A stretch of DNA of 32,000 bases, taken from assembly GCA_004284765.1 (NCBI GenBank), contig NQJD01000023.1, forward strand, positions 1 through 32,000, in the 5' to 3' direction. The number at the start of each line of letters is the position of its first letter. The stretch's first letter is position 1. The notes beneath the pieces are model-generated. The model was not told the origin of the DNA, did not search any database, and saw only the letters and a list, made by a program, of their open reading frames with translations. This document shows positions 7,891 through 16,765 of this stretch, one piece after another. Both the position numbers and the translations under genes were made by a program. Source of the DNA: Candidatus Electronema aureum. GTDB lineage: Bacteria > Desulfobacterota > Desulfobulbia > Desulfobulbales > Desulfobulbaceae.

Positions 7891-7910
7891 AAACCAGTGC
7901 GGGTCAGACT

Positions 7911-8483
7911 TTATTCAGCAAATACAAAGTCAGCTCTCCGGTTCTGCGCCCAAGATTGCTCATCCTGACCGAAGACCAGCGGCTTTTCTTCACCCCAGCT
8001 CACGGTTGAAAGCTGTCCGGCTTCAACGCCAAGTTTGATCAGATACTTTTTGGCTGCATTGGCGCGGCGTTCGCCCAGAGCAAGGTTGTATTCCCGAGTA
8101 CCACGCTCGTCGCAGTTGCCTTCGATTCGTATTTTCTTATCTTTTTTCTCTTTAAGAAAATCACCGTTATGCTCAACTCGACTCACTTGGTCGCCTTCAA
8201 TCCGAGAGGAATCGTACTCGAAATAAACCGGCAACATTGGTCCAGAAGTACGACCTTCAGCAAAGTTACCTTGACCATCTTGTCCTGCTGGACTTGCCAA
8301 GGATTCGTCTTGTCCAGGAGTCTCGCCTGTTGCTGCCTCAGCACTACCTCCGTTGCTTGCTGCCGCAGCAGCATCTGCATCGGTCGGCTTCTTTTTGCTA
8401 CAGCCGGTCATGGAAAAAGGTACAACTAAAGCCATAAAAACACAAAAACACAACGTTTTACTCACTTGCATCTTCATCTCCAT
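7911..8483 (-). CDS. pal: Peptidoglycan-associated lipoprotein (OmpA-family C-terminal domain)
   Basis: Lipobox SMTG-C and a low-complexity linker, then VYFEYDSSRI...IRIEGNCDERGTREYNLALGERRANAAKKYL...G...VSWGEEKP, the canonical Pal/OmpA_C motif set. Confidence 0.85.
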   Translation of the reverse strand: MEMKMQVSKTLCFCVFMALVVPFSMTGCSKKKPTDADAAAAASNGGSAEAATGETPGQDESLASPAGQDGQGNFAEGRTSGPMLPVYFEYDSSRIEGDQVSRVEHNGDFLKEKKDKKIRIEGNCDERGTREYNLALGERRANAAKKYLIKLGVEAGQLSTVSWGEEKPLVFGQDEQSWAQNRRADFVFAE

Positions 8484-8688
8484 ACTTGGGTAAGTATTTT
8501 ATCAGTATTGGTTCTTCGTATCGTACCAGAACAGGGGAAGAATTCAACATTTTTCTGTGAAAAAAGGAATTCGCTTGCAAAACCTGAGCAGCCCATCTAC
8601 TCTTAACCTGTTTGAGGAGCCAAGTTTTGTCATGAAAACCAAGACCCAGTAGGCTGCGCATTTTTTTAGCAGAGCACCAAGGATACTC

Positions 8689-10887
8689 GTGATTCCCAAA
8701 AAGTCCGTTAATGTTGATAGTGCAGAAGAGCTAATCTGCACCAGCAGATTTGGTACATTCTTCGGCGTACCGCAGCAGGTCTTCAACCGTGTCTGGCAGG
8801 CTTTAAGCCGCCCTGACAGCGGGTCGGTAGCCTATGTTTCCATGGAAATCGGCGCAGACCCCGATATCTTTCATCCGGTGCAAGATTTTCTTCGAGAACA
8901 AGCCTACACAAAAAGTGAAAACCCAGCACTCCTGCGTCTGCTCAAAAAATACTTAAACGGTCCCCGTAAAGTACCCAATTATAGCGGTGGTCTCGGCGTG
9001 TTGGCCGGTGATACCCTGAAGAGCTTTGCTGATCTCCACATGCCGGTCTTTGCAGTCTCACTGCTCTACCGGGAAGGTTATTTCTCCCAGTTGGTTGATT
9101 CCAGAGTAGGCCAGATTGATCAGGCCACCCAGTGGAGTCCTGAAGCGACACCGACTCTGTTTCAATTAGAAGACCCGGAACAGCCCGGTCAACCGTTAGA
9201 GCTGACTGTACCTTTTTTCAATGAGTACGATCATCCCACCTTGGCCAAGGCCCATGTCTGGATGAAGATGGAAATCAGCGAGGAAATGGACTATTTTGTG
9301 CCAGAATTCCTGCTTGATTACTCCATTCCCTCGTCGCCGCCGTGGGTGCGCGAAGCCGGTCTGCGGTTGTACAGTGCCAAATCCGACATCATGAAGGCTA
9401 ATCAGCGCCGGATGCTCGGTTCTGGAGTGCTGCCTCTGGCGGAACGACTGGGCTTGACGATAGGCACCATTCACCTCAATGAACAGCACGGGGTGGCAGT
9501 CACGCTGCATCTTATTCTCCGCCAGTTAGAAAAAAAGCTGGGGACAGACTGCCACAACTGCATGAGTGATCAAGACATCTTAGCAGCAGCAGAGGAAGCA
9601 GCCAAGCGGATTGTCTATACCATTCACACCCCGGTTAAGGCCGGGCATGATCGCTTTGCCCGCTCGCTTTACACCGGTATTAGCCATGCCACCTGCCACC
9701 GCATCCTTGATCTGTTAGCCAATGATGCAGATTCGCCGCATGAATACAACTTTACCGCCTTTGCCATGCGAGTCAATCGGGCGGTGAACAGCGTCAGTCG
9801 CCTACACCGAGATGTAACCCGCAAACAGTTTCCTGAGTTTGCACAAAAGATTAGAGCTGTGACCAACGGCGTGCATCATCTGACGTGGATCAGCTCGGCC
9901 AGAGCAGCAGTCTTTGACAGTACGGACGAGCTGTTTGGCTGGCGCGATGATCCAGGTATCTTTGTCCAAGCAGAAATCGGCAACGACCCGGTTTTTCTTG
10001 GCAAGCTCCAGCAGGCGTGGGCAGAAGACAACCGCACCTTGGTGAACTACGTCAATCGGATGCTTTCGGAACACCGCAGCCGGATGGAAGAGACGTGGAT
10101 TGATCCGCCCAACTATCTTTCTCATCTTCGGCAGGGCGAGACCAGCCAGCTCAGTCCGGGTACGTTTACCATTGGCTTTGCCCGCCGCTTTTCTACCTAC
10201 AAACGGGCTGACCTGATCTTTGAGGACATCCCGGCCTTAGCCGATATTCTGCTGAAAAACAACTGGAAGGTCAACTTCCTCTTCGCAGGTAAAGCGCATC
10301 CGCAGGATGAACCTGGCAAGTCAGTGCTGAAGCTGATCCTCGATAATCAAGAGGAGCTGTACACACGAAGCAAGGGCTTGGCTCGGCTGCTTTTTATCCC
10401 CGGCTATGACATGCGCATCGCCCGAATGATGGTTGCCGGTGTCCATACTTGGCTCAACAGCCCTAAGCGACCTTTGGAGGCTTCGGGTACCAGCGGCATG
10501 AAAGCGGCCATGAACGGTGTACCCAATCTGAGCGTGATGGACGGCTGGTGGGTAGAAGGGTATCATGAGGGGCAGACCGGCTGGAAGTTTGGCTACGAAG
10601 GCCCGCTTACTGCTGACAGCCTGAGTGAGGCACCTGAAACCCTGCTTTACGCTGAGGACTCACGCTCTTTTTACGCGCTGCTGCCCAAGGTGCTGGAGAT
10701 GTTCTATGACCGGCCTGATGAGTATCTCCAGTTGGCGGTCAGTAACCTGAAACTGAATGTGCCGATCTTTAACACCCACCGCATGGCAGCGGAATATGTC
10801 CGCAAATACAACCTGCGACTCGACCCGGAAACTGCGGCCCGCATTGAGGGCTTTGCCCGGCTTTACAAAAGCGATTCCTGCGACTAA
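8689..10887 (+). CDS. glgP: Alpha-glucan phosphorylase (GT35, short 'alpha-glucan family' type)
   Basis: YVSMEIG...NYSGGLGVLAGDTLKSFADL...VSLLYREGYFSQ at the N-terminus and the PLP-lysine region EASGTSGMKAAMNGVPNLSVMDGWW near the C-terminus. The start is a GTG at 8689, so the exact start is uncertain. Confidence 0.85.
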   Translation: MIPKKSVNVDSAEELICTSRFGTFFGVPQQVFNRVWQALSRPDSGSVAYVSMEIGADPDIFHPVQDFLREQAYTKSENPALLRLLKKYLNGPRKVPNYSGGLGVLAGDTLKSFADLHMPVFAVSLLYREGYFSQLVDSRVGQIDQATQWSPEATPTLFQLEDPEQPGQPLELTVPFFNEYDHPTLAKAHVWMKMEISEEMDYFVPEFLLDYSIPSSPPWVREAGLRLYSAKSDIMKANQRRMLGSGVLPLAERLGLTIGTIHLNEQHGVAVTLHLILRQLEKKLGTDCHNCMSDQDILAAAEEAAKRIVYTIHTPVKAGHDRFARSLYTGISHATCHRILDLLANDADSPHEYNFTAFAMRVNRAVNSVSRLHRDVTRKQFPEFAQKIRAVTNGVHHLTWISSARAAVFDSTDELFGWRDDPGIFVQAEIGNDPVFLGKLQQAWAEDNRTLVNYVNRMLSEHRSRMEETWIDPPNYLSHLRQGETSQLSPGTFTIGFARRFSTYKRADLIFEDIPALADILLKNNWKVNFLFAGKAHPQDEPGKSVLKLILDNQEELYTRSKGLARLLFIPGYDMRIARMMVAGVHTWLNSPKRPLEASGTSGMKAAMNGVPNLSVMDGWWVEGYHEGQTGWKFGYEGPLTADSLSEAPETLLYAEDSRSFYALLPKVLEMFYDRPDEYLQLAVSNLKLNVPIFNTHRMAAEYVRKYNLRLDPETAARIEGFARLYKSDSCD

Positions 10888-10902
10888 CAAGGAGAACATA
10901 GC

Positions 10903-11334
10903 ATGGCCCGCCACATCAATCCCAGCGGCTCAACCAACAAAGCGATAGATGCTCTTGACCGAAAAAGAGAACGAGAGCGCCGCTTTATCCTCAGCAAGGC
11001 CAGAGACATTGCCCCGGAGCTGGCTGTCCGGTTAGTGCAGCGACTTTTAGATGCGCACATCATTGAAACCAATGATGTCCATGCCATTCAAGACGGTGTG
11101 GAGCGGCAGCTGCGTGAGCCTGCGGAGATGGAAGAATTTGAGATTCGGCTGAAGATTGCCGATATCCGTACCTTAGTGCCAGACCCAAACATCCTTAGTC
11201 TCTACCTGACCGCCTACATTATCAATGACCTCATCGATCATCCACGGGTGCAGGATGTGTTTGGTAGTGACTTGGATGTCTATAACGCGGTTGATTCCGT
11301 GCTCTCCAAGATTCGGCAAGGCGCAGAAGACTGA
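10903..11334 (+). CDS. Hypothetical 143-aa cytoplasmic protein (possibly DUF507-like)
   Basis: AGGAG lies 9 nt upstream. The stop overlaps the ATG of the radical SAM gene (TGATG). The protein is helical and acidic. The DUF507 resemblance (..INDLIDHPRVQDVFGSD..) is only from memory. Confidence 0.55.
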   Translation: MARHINPSGSTNKAIDALDRKRERERRFILSKARDIAPELAVRLVQRLLDAHIIETNDVHAIQDGVERQLREPAEMEEFEIRLKIADIRTLVPDPNILSLYLTAYIINDLIDHPRVQDVFGSDLDVYNAVDSVLSKIRQGAED

Positions 11335-12611
11335 TGGGCAAAAGTACGCGGCCTTCCTTAGTTTTCGCCAATCGTCAGGGCGAAATCCTTGACTATGAGG
11401 GTTTGGAAATGGCCGGAAGCAGCGCAGGGAATTTTTTCAGCCCTGCGCCGGAGGAACTGGTTCCTCTGCCAGAGGGCAGCGAGTTGTTTGTCCTGCCAAA
11501 TCGCTTGCCAGTGGGCATTGAGCCGGAGAGTGGTGAAGCAGCTCTGCTGGCAGAAAATCCCTATGATGGCAGTCCGATTTCCGCCGTGGCGGCGTTCATG
11601 GCTCCGGCTCATACTGCGATTTACACCGCTGCCTATGAGACACAGGAAAAAGCTCCGCTGCTGCCGCTCTTCGCCTACACCGCTGTGGGCTGGCAAGATG
11701 GCAGATTCGTTGTCGCCGCCTTCCGCAGTGACAACGATATCCGTCAAGACCCCAAGGGCTTTGATCAACGGCTGATCAACAAGAAGACAGCAGCCAAGCT
11801 GAAGAAATACCCACACAACCGGCTCATTCAGCATCTCGGTAAATGCTGTCTGACCTACGCTTGTCCCGCTGCCCGCAACTACTTCCTCGGTCGCTGGGAA
11901 GCCCCGCTGCCGACCTCTCCCTGCTGCAACGCGGGCTGTATTGGCTGCATCTCCCAGCAGCCCAGCGGCTGTTGTCCGTCAACCCAAGACCGCATTCACT
12001 TTGTCCCCTCGACCACAGAACTGTTAGAAATAGCTGTGCCACATTTGGAGAAAGCAGCTAAAGCGGTAGTCAGTTTTGGTCAAGGCTGTGAGGGCGAGCC
12101 ACTGCTGCAAGCTCCGACGCTTGAATCTTCCATTCGCCAGATGCGAGCGCAGACCAGCAAAGGTACGATCAATCTTAACACTAACGCCAGTTTACCCGCT
12201 GCGGTTGACCGACTCGCACAGGCCGGGTTAGATTCAATCCGGGTGTCGATGAACTCGGCGCGCGCGGAGATGCACCATCGTTATTATCGGCCTTCTGGCT
12301 TCTCCTTCGCTGATGTACGCCAAACCATCGAGGTAATGAAGAAACATGGTCGCCACGTTTCGCTCAACTATTTCATCATACCCGGCTTTACCGATGACCC
12401 AGACGAACACGCCGCTCTCTGCGAGCTGATCACCTCCTGCCCACCTGACCTGATCCAACTTCGCAATCTGAACATGGACCCAGAGCATTATTTGAAGGCG
12501 GTTGGCCATGCGCCGAATAAACCCGCTTTAGGAATGCTCCGCTGGCTCAAGCTCCTTAAAGAGGAATTCCCGCAGCTCAAATTTGGCTATTTCAATCCAG
12601 CCTTACGCTGA
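11334..12611 (+). CDS. Radical SAM protein with an uncharacterised ~190-aa N-terminal domain
   Basis: CNAGCIGC gives the CX3CX2C cluster motif, followed by a GQGCEGEPLL (GGE-like SAM motif) and a TIM-barrel-length C-terminal part. The substrate is unknown. Confidence 0.8.
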   Translation: MGKSTRPSLVFANRQGEILDYEGLEMAGSSAGNFFSPAPEELVPLPEGSELFVLPNRLPVGIEPESGEAALLAENPYDGSPISAVAAFMAPAHTAIYTAAYETQEKAPLLPLFAYTAVGWQDGRFVVAAFRSDNDIRQDPKGFDQRLINKKTAAKLKKYPHNRLIQHLGKCCLTYACPAARNYFLGRWEAPLPTSPCCNAGCIGCISQQPSGCCPSTQDRIHFVPSTTELLEIAVPHLEKAAKAVVSFGQGCEGEPLLQAPTLESSIRQMRAQTSKGTINLNTNASLPAAVDRLAQAGLDSIRVSMNSARAEMHHRYYRPSGFSFADVRQTIEVMKKHGRHVSLNYFIIPGFTDDPDEHAALCELITSCPPDLIQLRNLNMDPEHYLKAVGHAPNKPALGMLRWLKLLKEEFPQLKFGYFNPALR

Positions 12612-12829
12612 CCTCGTGTTGCTCAAGGCGTACAAAAGCTATATTGATAGGGAGCTGAAGAGTGTCGAGCAGGGAACGTAAGAGCTTCGAGCGAGACAAA
12701 TTTAAAACGTCGCTCGACAAAATTCAGAAGCGTCGGGTGAGGGAATTTACAGGGTCACGGCTTGCTTTGATCCGACAACGGACGGTGATACTCCGTTTTG
12801 TAAAATTGAACAGCGTAACTCCTAATCAG

Positions 12830-12857
12830 TTGACACAGGAATGATGGAGGTTATATT
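12830..12857 (+). promoter_or_regulatory. Candidate sigma70 promoter for the AMIN-domain gene
   Basis: TTGACA (12830-12835), a 16-nt spacer, then TATATT (12852-12857). It lies about 60 nt upstream of ATG 12919, which has a GAGGA Shine-Dalgarno sequence. Confidence 0.45.
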
Positions 12858-12918
12858 CAAAGAAGGTTCCAGTGTTAAAAAGTTCTTTTCCCCCTCAGTG
12901 GCCACCAAACGAGGATCG

Positions 12919-13881
12919 ATGTTGAGAAACATTTCTGCGGCAGCCTTTGCGCTGCTGATCGTGTTCTTCCGCTGCCTGCCTGCGCTCGCGGTAGCACAGA
13001 TAGAGGACATCCGCTTTGAGACTGTTTCCCCGAACGAGGAGCGAGTTGTGTTCCGGCTCAACAGTCCTGTTCTTCCAAACTCCTTCCCGATGAAGGATGG
13101 CAGTCCCAGAATGGTTTTTGACTTCAATGATACCGGTGTTTCCAAGCGGATTAAAAACACCCTTGAGACCAAGGGTACCCTGATTCAACGCATCCGAGTT
13201 GGCATCCACGACAACAAGACGCGCGTAGTGCTGGACTTGGCACCGGGCAGACAAACCAAGAGTTTCAAAGAGCCGGGGGCGAGCGGTACTCTCCTGACCG
13301 TGGTTGTTCATGATGCCAGCGTTCAGCCAGAGCCGAGAAAGGCTGCCGCAACCGCAGGCACCATCTGGACACCCACTGCGGGAAAAACCCCAGAAGTAAA
13401 GCCTGTTGTCCGACTGCCTGAGGAGAAGCAGGTGCAGACTGTAACAACAGCACCACCTCCGGTCAAGGTGCCGGAAGAGCCAATCGTCAAGCCCGTAGCA
13501 AAGCCTTTCTCTGCCGCTGCCACGGTGCTGACTTCAGTGATTTTTGATAAGAATTCCAACCGGGGCGAGATGGTCATGTTCCGACTGAACAAATTCCATC
13601 CGCCCGTAGTCTTTGGCTTGGAAGAGAAGAAGCCGAGGGTGGTCTGTGACTTTCAAGACACCGCTGCGGGCGAGCGTCTGCCAGAGAATATCCCAGCAGA
13701 CGGCAAGTTTGTTCGAGGTATCCGCATCAGCAAGGAAGAATCAGGCAATAAAATCCGGGTGGTACTGGATTTAGCACCGAGCAACAACTATGATCTCCAG
13801 CAGGTCTTTTTCAAGAATGACAATCTCTTTGTCCTGATTATCAATACCCTCGGCAGTTCGGCTACTAAAAAGCTGAACTAA
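12919..13881 (+). CDS. Secreted protein with two AMIN domains joined by a Pro/Lys/Val-rich linker
   Basis: Signal peptide MLRNISAAAFALLIVFFRCLPALAVA. Two copies of the AMIN pattern are present: (R)VVFRLN...P(R)MVFDF.DT......I..IRVG....K(T)RVVLDLAP, and MVMFRLN...PRVVCDFQDT...VRGIRIS...NKIRVVLDLAP. I moved the start from 12841 because the promoter and SD fit 12919. Confidence 0.75.
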   Translation: MLRNISAAAFALLIVFFRCLPALAVAQIEDIRFETVSPNEERVVFRLNSPVLPNSFPMKDGSPRMVFDFNDTGVSKRIKNTLETKGTLIQRIRVGIHDNKTRVVLDLAPGRQTKSFKEPGASGTLLTVVVHDASVQPEPRKAAATAGTIWTPTAGKTPEVKPVVRLPEEKQVQTVTTAPPPVKVPEEPIVKPVAKPFSAAATVLTSVIFDKNSNRGEMVMFRLNKFHPPVVFGLEEKKPRVVCDFQDTAAGERLPENIPADGKFVRGIRISKEESGNKIRVVLDLAPSNNYDLQQVFFKNDNLFVLIINTLGSSATKKLN

Positions 13882-14690
13882 TCCTTGTCAGTCATTTCTT
13901 TAACTGTGAAATGCGGTGGCAGCGTAACCTCAAACCGTTGCTTATCAAGAGGGCCATAACCGAAGATTTCGCCGAATTCAATCGAGTAATCTGCTTCTAA
14001 TGCCTTACCGGACAGATTGATCTTGCCGGGCCAAGCGCAGGCTTTTGCGGTCTTAACATAGCCGCTGTAGCGAGCTTCAAACAGTATTTCATCGGTTTTC
14101 TTATCCATGACTATATGACGGCTGAGGCGGTTCTGCCGGTCTAACGCGAGAATATGAGCGGTTCTGCCGTCGGTGGAACCGCCATGCCACCAGAGCGTTC
14201 CCTCGGCATCTGTTCGTGCCGCCGCAGTCTGCATCCTTTCTCCACGTACCCGTCCGCTTAACCACAAAAAAAGGTCATCCATTGGGATGAAAGAAGGAAG
14301 GAAGCGGCGCACGAACTTCAACTCGGTATTGCCCCGATAGCCCTGCGCCTTTCGATTATCGGCCAGCGTGAAGGTCTTGCCGTCAGAACCCAGCAAAAGC
14401 AGAGGTCTGCCGAGTGGGTCGGTTAGGGCTAACCGCAGTGAGGCCGGGGCAGCTGCCTGTAAGGTCGCCGGATAGGTCTCTTGCTGGGCATAGGCTTTCC
14501 AGCTGAGTTTAACATCGCTATCTATTCCATCAACGCAGGACTGCGTTAAGAAGTTACTCAAACGCTCTTCTGCCAGCTTCAGTCTTTTGCCATCAAGCTG
14601 CGCTGACTGGTGTGATACTTTGCTTGCGCAGCCGCCCAGCAGTAGAGAAGCGAGACAGAGGCAAGCGAACTGAGATCGGAACGTGTTCAT
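13878..14690 (-). CDS. Outer-membrane lipoprotein, LolB/DUF4292-like
   Basis: Lipobox LLGG-C. The protein is about 270 aa and beta-rich, and its start overlaps the stop of the upstream TPR lipoprotein gene in an ATGA. The family call rests on size, pattern and synteny, so confidence is moderate only. Confidence 0.55.
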   Translation of the reverse strand: MNTFRSQFACLCLASLLLGGCASKVSHQSAQLDGKRLKLAEERLSNFLTQSCVDGIDSDVKLSWKAYAQQETYPATLQAAAPASLRLALTDPLGRPLLLLGSDGKTFTLADNRKAQGYRGNTELKFVRRFLPSFIPMDDLFLWLSGRVRGERMQTAAARTDAEGTLWWHGGSTDGRTAHILALDRQNRLSRHIVMDKKTDEILFEARYSGYVKTAKACAWPGKINLSGKALEADYSIEFGEIFGYGPLDKQRFEVTLPPHFTVKEMTDKD

Positions 14691-16633
14691 TGTTTCTCCT
14701 TATGGGTCAGACGGTCAATTTTTTCCTCAAGACGCTGGCGTTCACGGTCTTCCCGTTCTTGCTGCTTCTTGCTTTTCTCTCCCCCAGCCTGTTTTTTAGC
14801 GTGCAGGTCTAAGGCCTTCTGCCACGCCGTTAACGCCTCATCTTTCCGTCCGGCAGCGAGATGCACCTCAGCGAGATGATCGAACACTGCCGCATCATCA
14901 GGAGTCAAGCGGGCAGCAGCCTCCAGCATCTTGCGGGCTTCCTCAAAATTACCTAAGCGGTAATATACCCAACCGAGGCTGTCTTGAATATAACCGTCCT
15001 CTGGCTTGAGTTCCTTGGCTCGACTGAGATAAAGAAAGGCCTTGTTCAGATTCACTTTGGCCTCAGCCCAAGCATAGCCGACATAATTCAGCGCACCGAC
15101 ATGATCGGAATTCTTTTTGAGCAACTTCTGCATGGCCGATAACGCCTGCTTCTTCTTCCCGCTATAATCAAGAAACAGGCCGTATTCATAGAGCAGATGT
15201 TCGTTACCCGGATGCGCTTTCAAGGCGCGGTCATAGGTTTTCTTGACTGCTTCATCCTGCTCCGCTGTCTGATAAAGGCTCGCAAGCAAGACATACATAT
15301 CTGGCCCCAGCTGCTGCTCACCCTCCATTGCGGATTGTAGCAACTGAATCGCCTGCTCCTGCTGTTTCAGCTCCTTGAGTGTTCGCACTTGGAGAATCAG
15401 TCCGTCTTCGTACTCTTCGTCCTCTGGGATGATTTTTTCCAATGTTTTGAGGGCATCCTCATACTGTTTCTCTTGAAACTGAAGCGCGCCGAGCAAATAG
15501 CGGGCTTCGGGCATCTCTTCCTTTTTCAGAAGGTCTTGCAGCAAGCTCATTGCCTTAGCGTATTCCTCCCAGCGGATACAGAGCTTAATTATGGTCAGAT
15601 CAGTCTGTTCAGGATTGTTGGCTAAATCTTTGAGCCGCTTCAGCTCGGCCATTGCCTTCTTTTCTTTATTCTGGGTCAAATAGACATGAATCAAGGCGAT
15701 GCGGGCTTCTTCGTTGTCCTCATTCTCGGCCAGCAATGCCTGATACATCTTGACTGCTTGTCTGTATTTTTTCTGCCGCACTAAGAGATCAGCCATTTCT
15801 AACTGCACTCCTCCTGAGGGCGTAATAGCAATGGCCTGCTGGTAATGATCTAAGGCCGAAGCGAATTTTTCCTCAGCAGCAAGCAGGCGAGCTAACAGCA
15901 AATGAGCCGCATGAGAATTACGATCAACCGCCAGCACATTCTCTAAAGCAGCTTTAGCCTGTTCCTGCTTGTTTTCAGCTAAATGCAGCTCACTGAGGAG
16001 CAGCAGCGGCGTGGTATCTTTTGGATTCAGCTCATGCGCTTTGCGGTACTGCTCGGCAGCCTCTGCTAACTTGCCATCGCTGATGAACACTTTAGCTAAA
16101 AGCATTCTCGAAGCTGTATCTTCTGGATGACGAGCCAGATATTCTTTGAGCTTGATCGCAGCCTCATCGCGGCGGTCCATGCGCAGCAAAAGGAGCGGCA
16201 GCTTGCTGATGACAAAATCCGCGTCAGGATCGCAGATCAGAGCCTTTTCGTAGGCTTCGAGCGCGGCCTCGTATTTGGTCTCTAACTCAGCGTGACGACC
16301 CCAGAGAAAATAGAAATAACTACAGCCATGATCGCTTTCATCCTTCGGTAGAACAGTCATTGCAATATTTTTTGATTTTGTCGAAGATTCTCGAATGACT
16401 GGCACTGCTTTAACCGTAGGAGCGGGTTTGATCACCGCTACTTGCTTGGGTGGCACAAGAGGTGGCGGAGCAGGCTTTTTCTTGTGCGCGCAGCCCGTAA
16501 AGGAAAACACCAACGTGGCAAGCAGCACAGGCGGCAGTTTGCGAAGGAAATGGGGCAGGAGAAACGAAGAAGAAGGAGGCATGGCACTGAGTTGGTTATC
16601 TGGTCTGAAAGAACTCTTTTTCTTGGTCATCAT
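14687..16633 (-). CDS. TPR-repeat lipoprotein with a Pro-rich N-terminal linker and a charged C-terminal tail
   Basis: Lipobox SFTG-C and a PAPPPLVPPK linker, followed by more than 12 recognisable 34-aa TPR units (A..Y..AL...P....A...LA..Y motifs). The tail is KKQAGGEKSKKQQEREDRERQRLEEK. Met18 is an alternative start. Confidence 0.8.
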   Translation of the reverse strand: MMTKKKSSFRPDNQLSAMPPSSSFLLPHFLRKLPPVLLATLVFSFTGCAHKKKPAPPPLVPPKQVAVIKPAPTVKAVPVIRESSTKSKNIAMTVLPKDESDHGCSYFYFLWGRHAELETKYEAALEAYEKALICDPDADFVISKLPLLLLRMDRRDEAAIKLKEYLARHPEDTASRMLLAKVFISDGKLAEAAEQYRKAHELNPKDTTPLLLLSELHLAENKQEQAKAALENVLAVDRNSHAAHLLLARLLAAEEKFASALDHYQQAIAITPSGGVQLEMADLLVRQKKYRQAVKMYQALLAENEDNEEARIALIHVYLTQNKEKKAMAELKRLKDLANNPEQTDLTIIKLCIRWEEYAKAMSLLQDLLKKEEMPEARYLLGALQFQEKQYEDALKTLEKIIPEDEEYEDGLILQVRTLKELKQQEQAIQLLQSAMEGEQQLGPDMYVLLASLYQTAEQDEAVKKTYDRALKAHPGNEHLLYEYGLFLDYSGKKKQALSAMQKLLKKNSDHVGALNYVGYAWAEAKVNLNKAFLYLSRAKELKPEDGYIQDSLGWVYYRLGNFEEARKMLEAAARLTPDDAAVFDHLAEVHLAAGRKDEALTAWQKALDLHAKKQAGGEKSKKQQEREDRERQRLEEKIDRLTHKEKQ

Positions 16634-16658
16634 TCATCATATAACACGAACACCGACA

Positions 16659-16673
16659 GGTAACAAGCTTGCA
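16659..16673 (+). promoter_or_regulatory. Sigma54-like -24/-12 element upstream of the SBP-kinase pair
   Basis: aGGtAac-aagc-TTGCA has the correct GG-to-GC spacing (12 nt) and a perfect TTGCA, but a poor -24 flank. No enhancer-binding protein gene is present in the window. Confidence 0.3.
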
Positions 16674-16765
16674 TTCGTTCTCAGGTTCAGGTACAGATTA
16701 TATCTGAATATGCCCTGTTGTCTCTAAAATTCCGTTCTTCAGACCATGTGCAACAGAAGACTGCT

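Noticed and set aside
8566-8579. Sigma54-like GG...TTGCA upstream of glgP
   Set aside because: The GG-to-GC spacing is one nt too short (11 instead of 12) and the -24 flank does not match TGGCAC.
12841-12918. Longer start (ATG 12841) for the AMIN-domain ORF
   Set aside because: It would overlap the TTGACA-16-TATATT promoter candidate. Met27 (12919) has a GAGGA SD and begins a canonical signal peptide.
13878-13881. Overlapping convergent stop codons (AMIN gene TAA / LolB-like gene TAG) as a special regulatory feature
   Set aside because: A 4-nt convergent overlap is common in compact genomes. There is no associated structure, so I mention it only as context in a finding.
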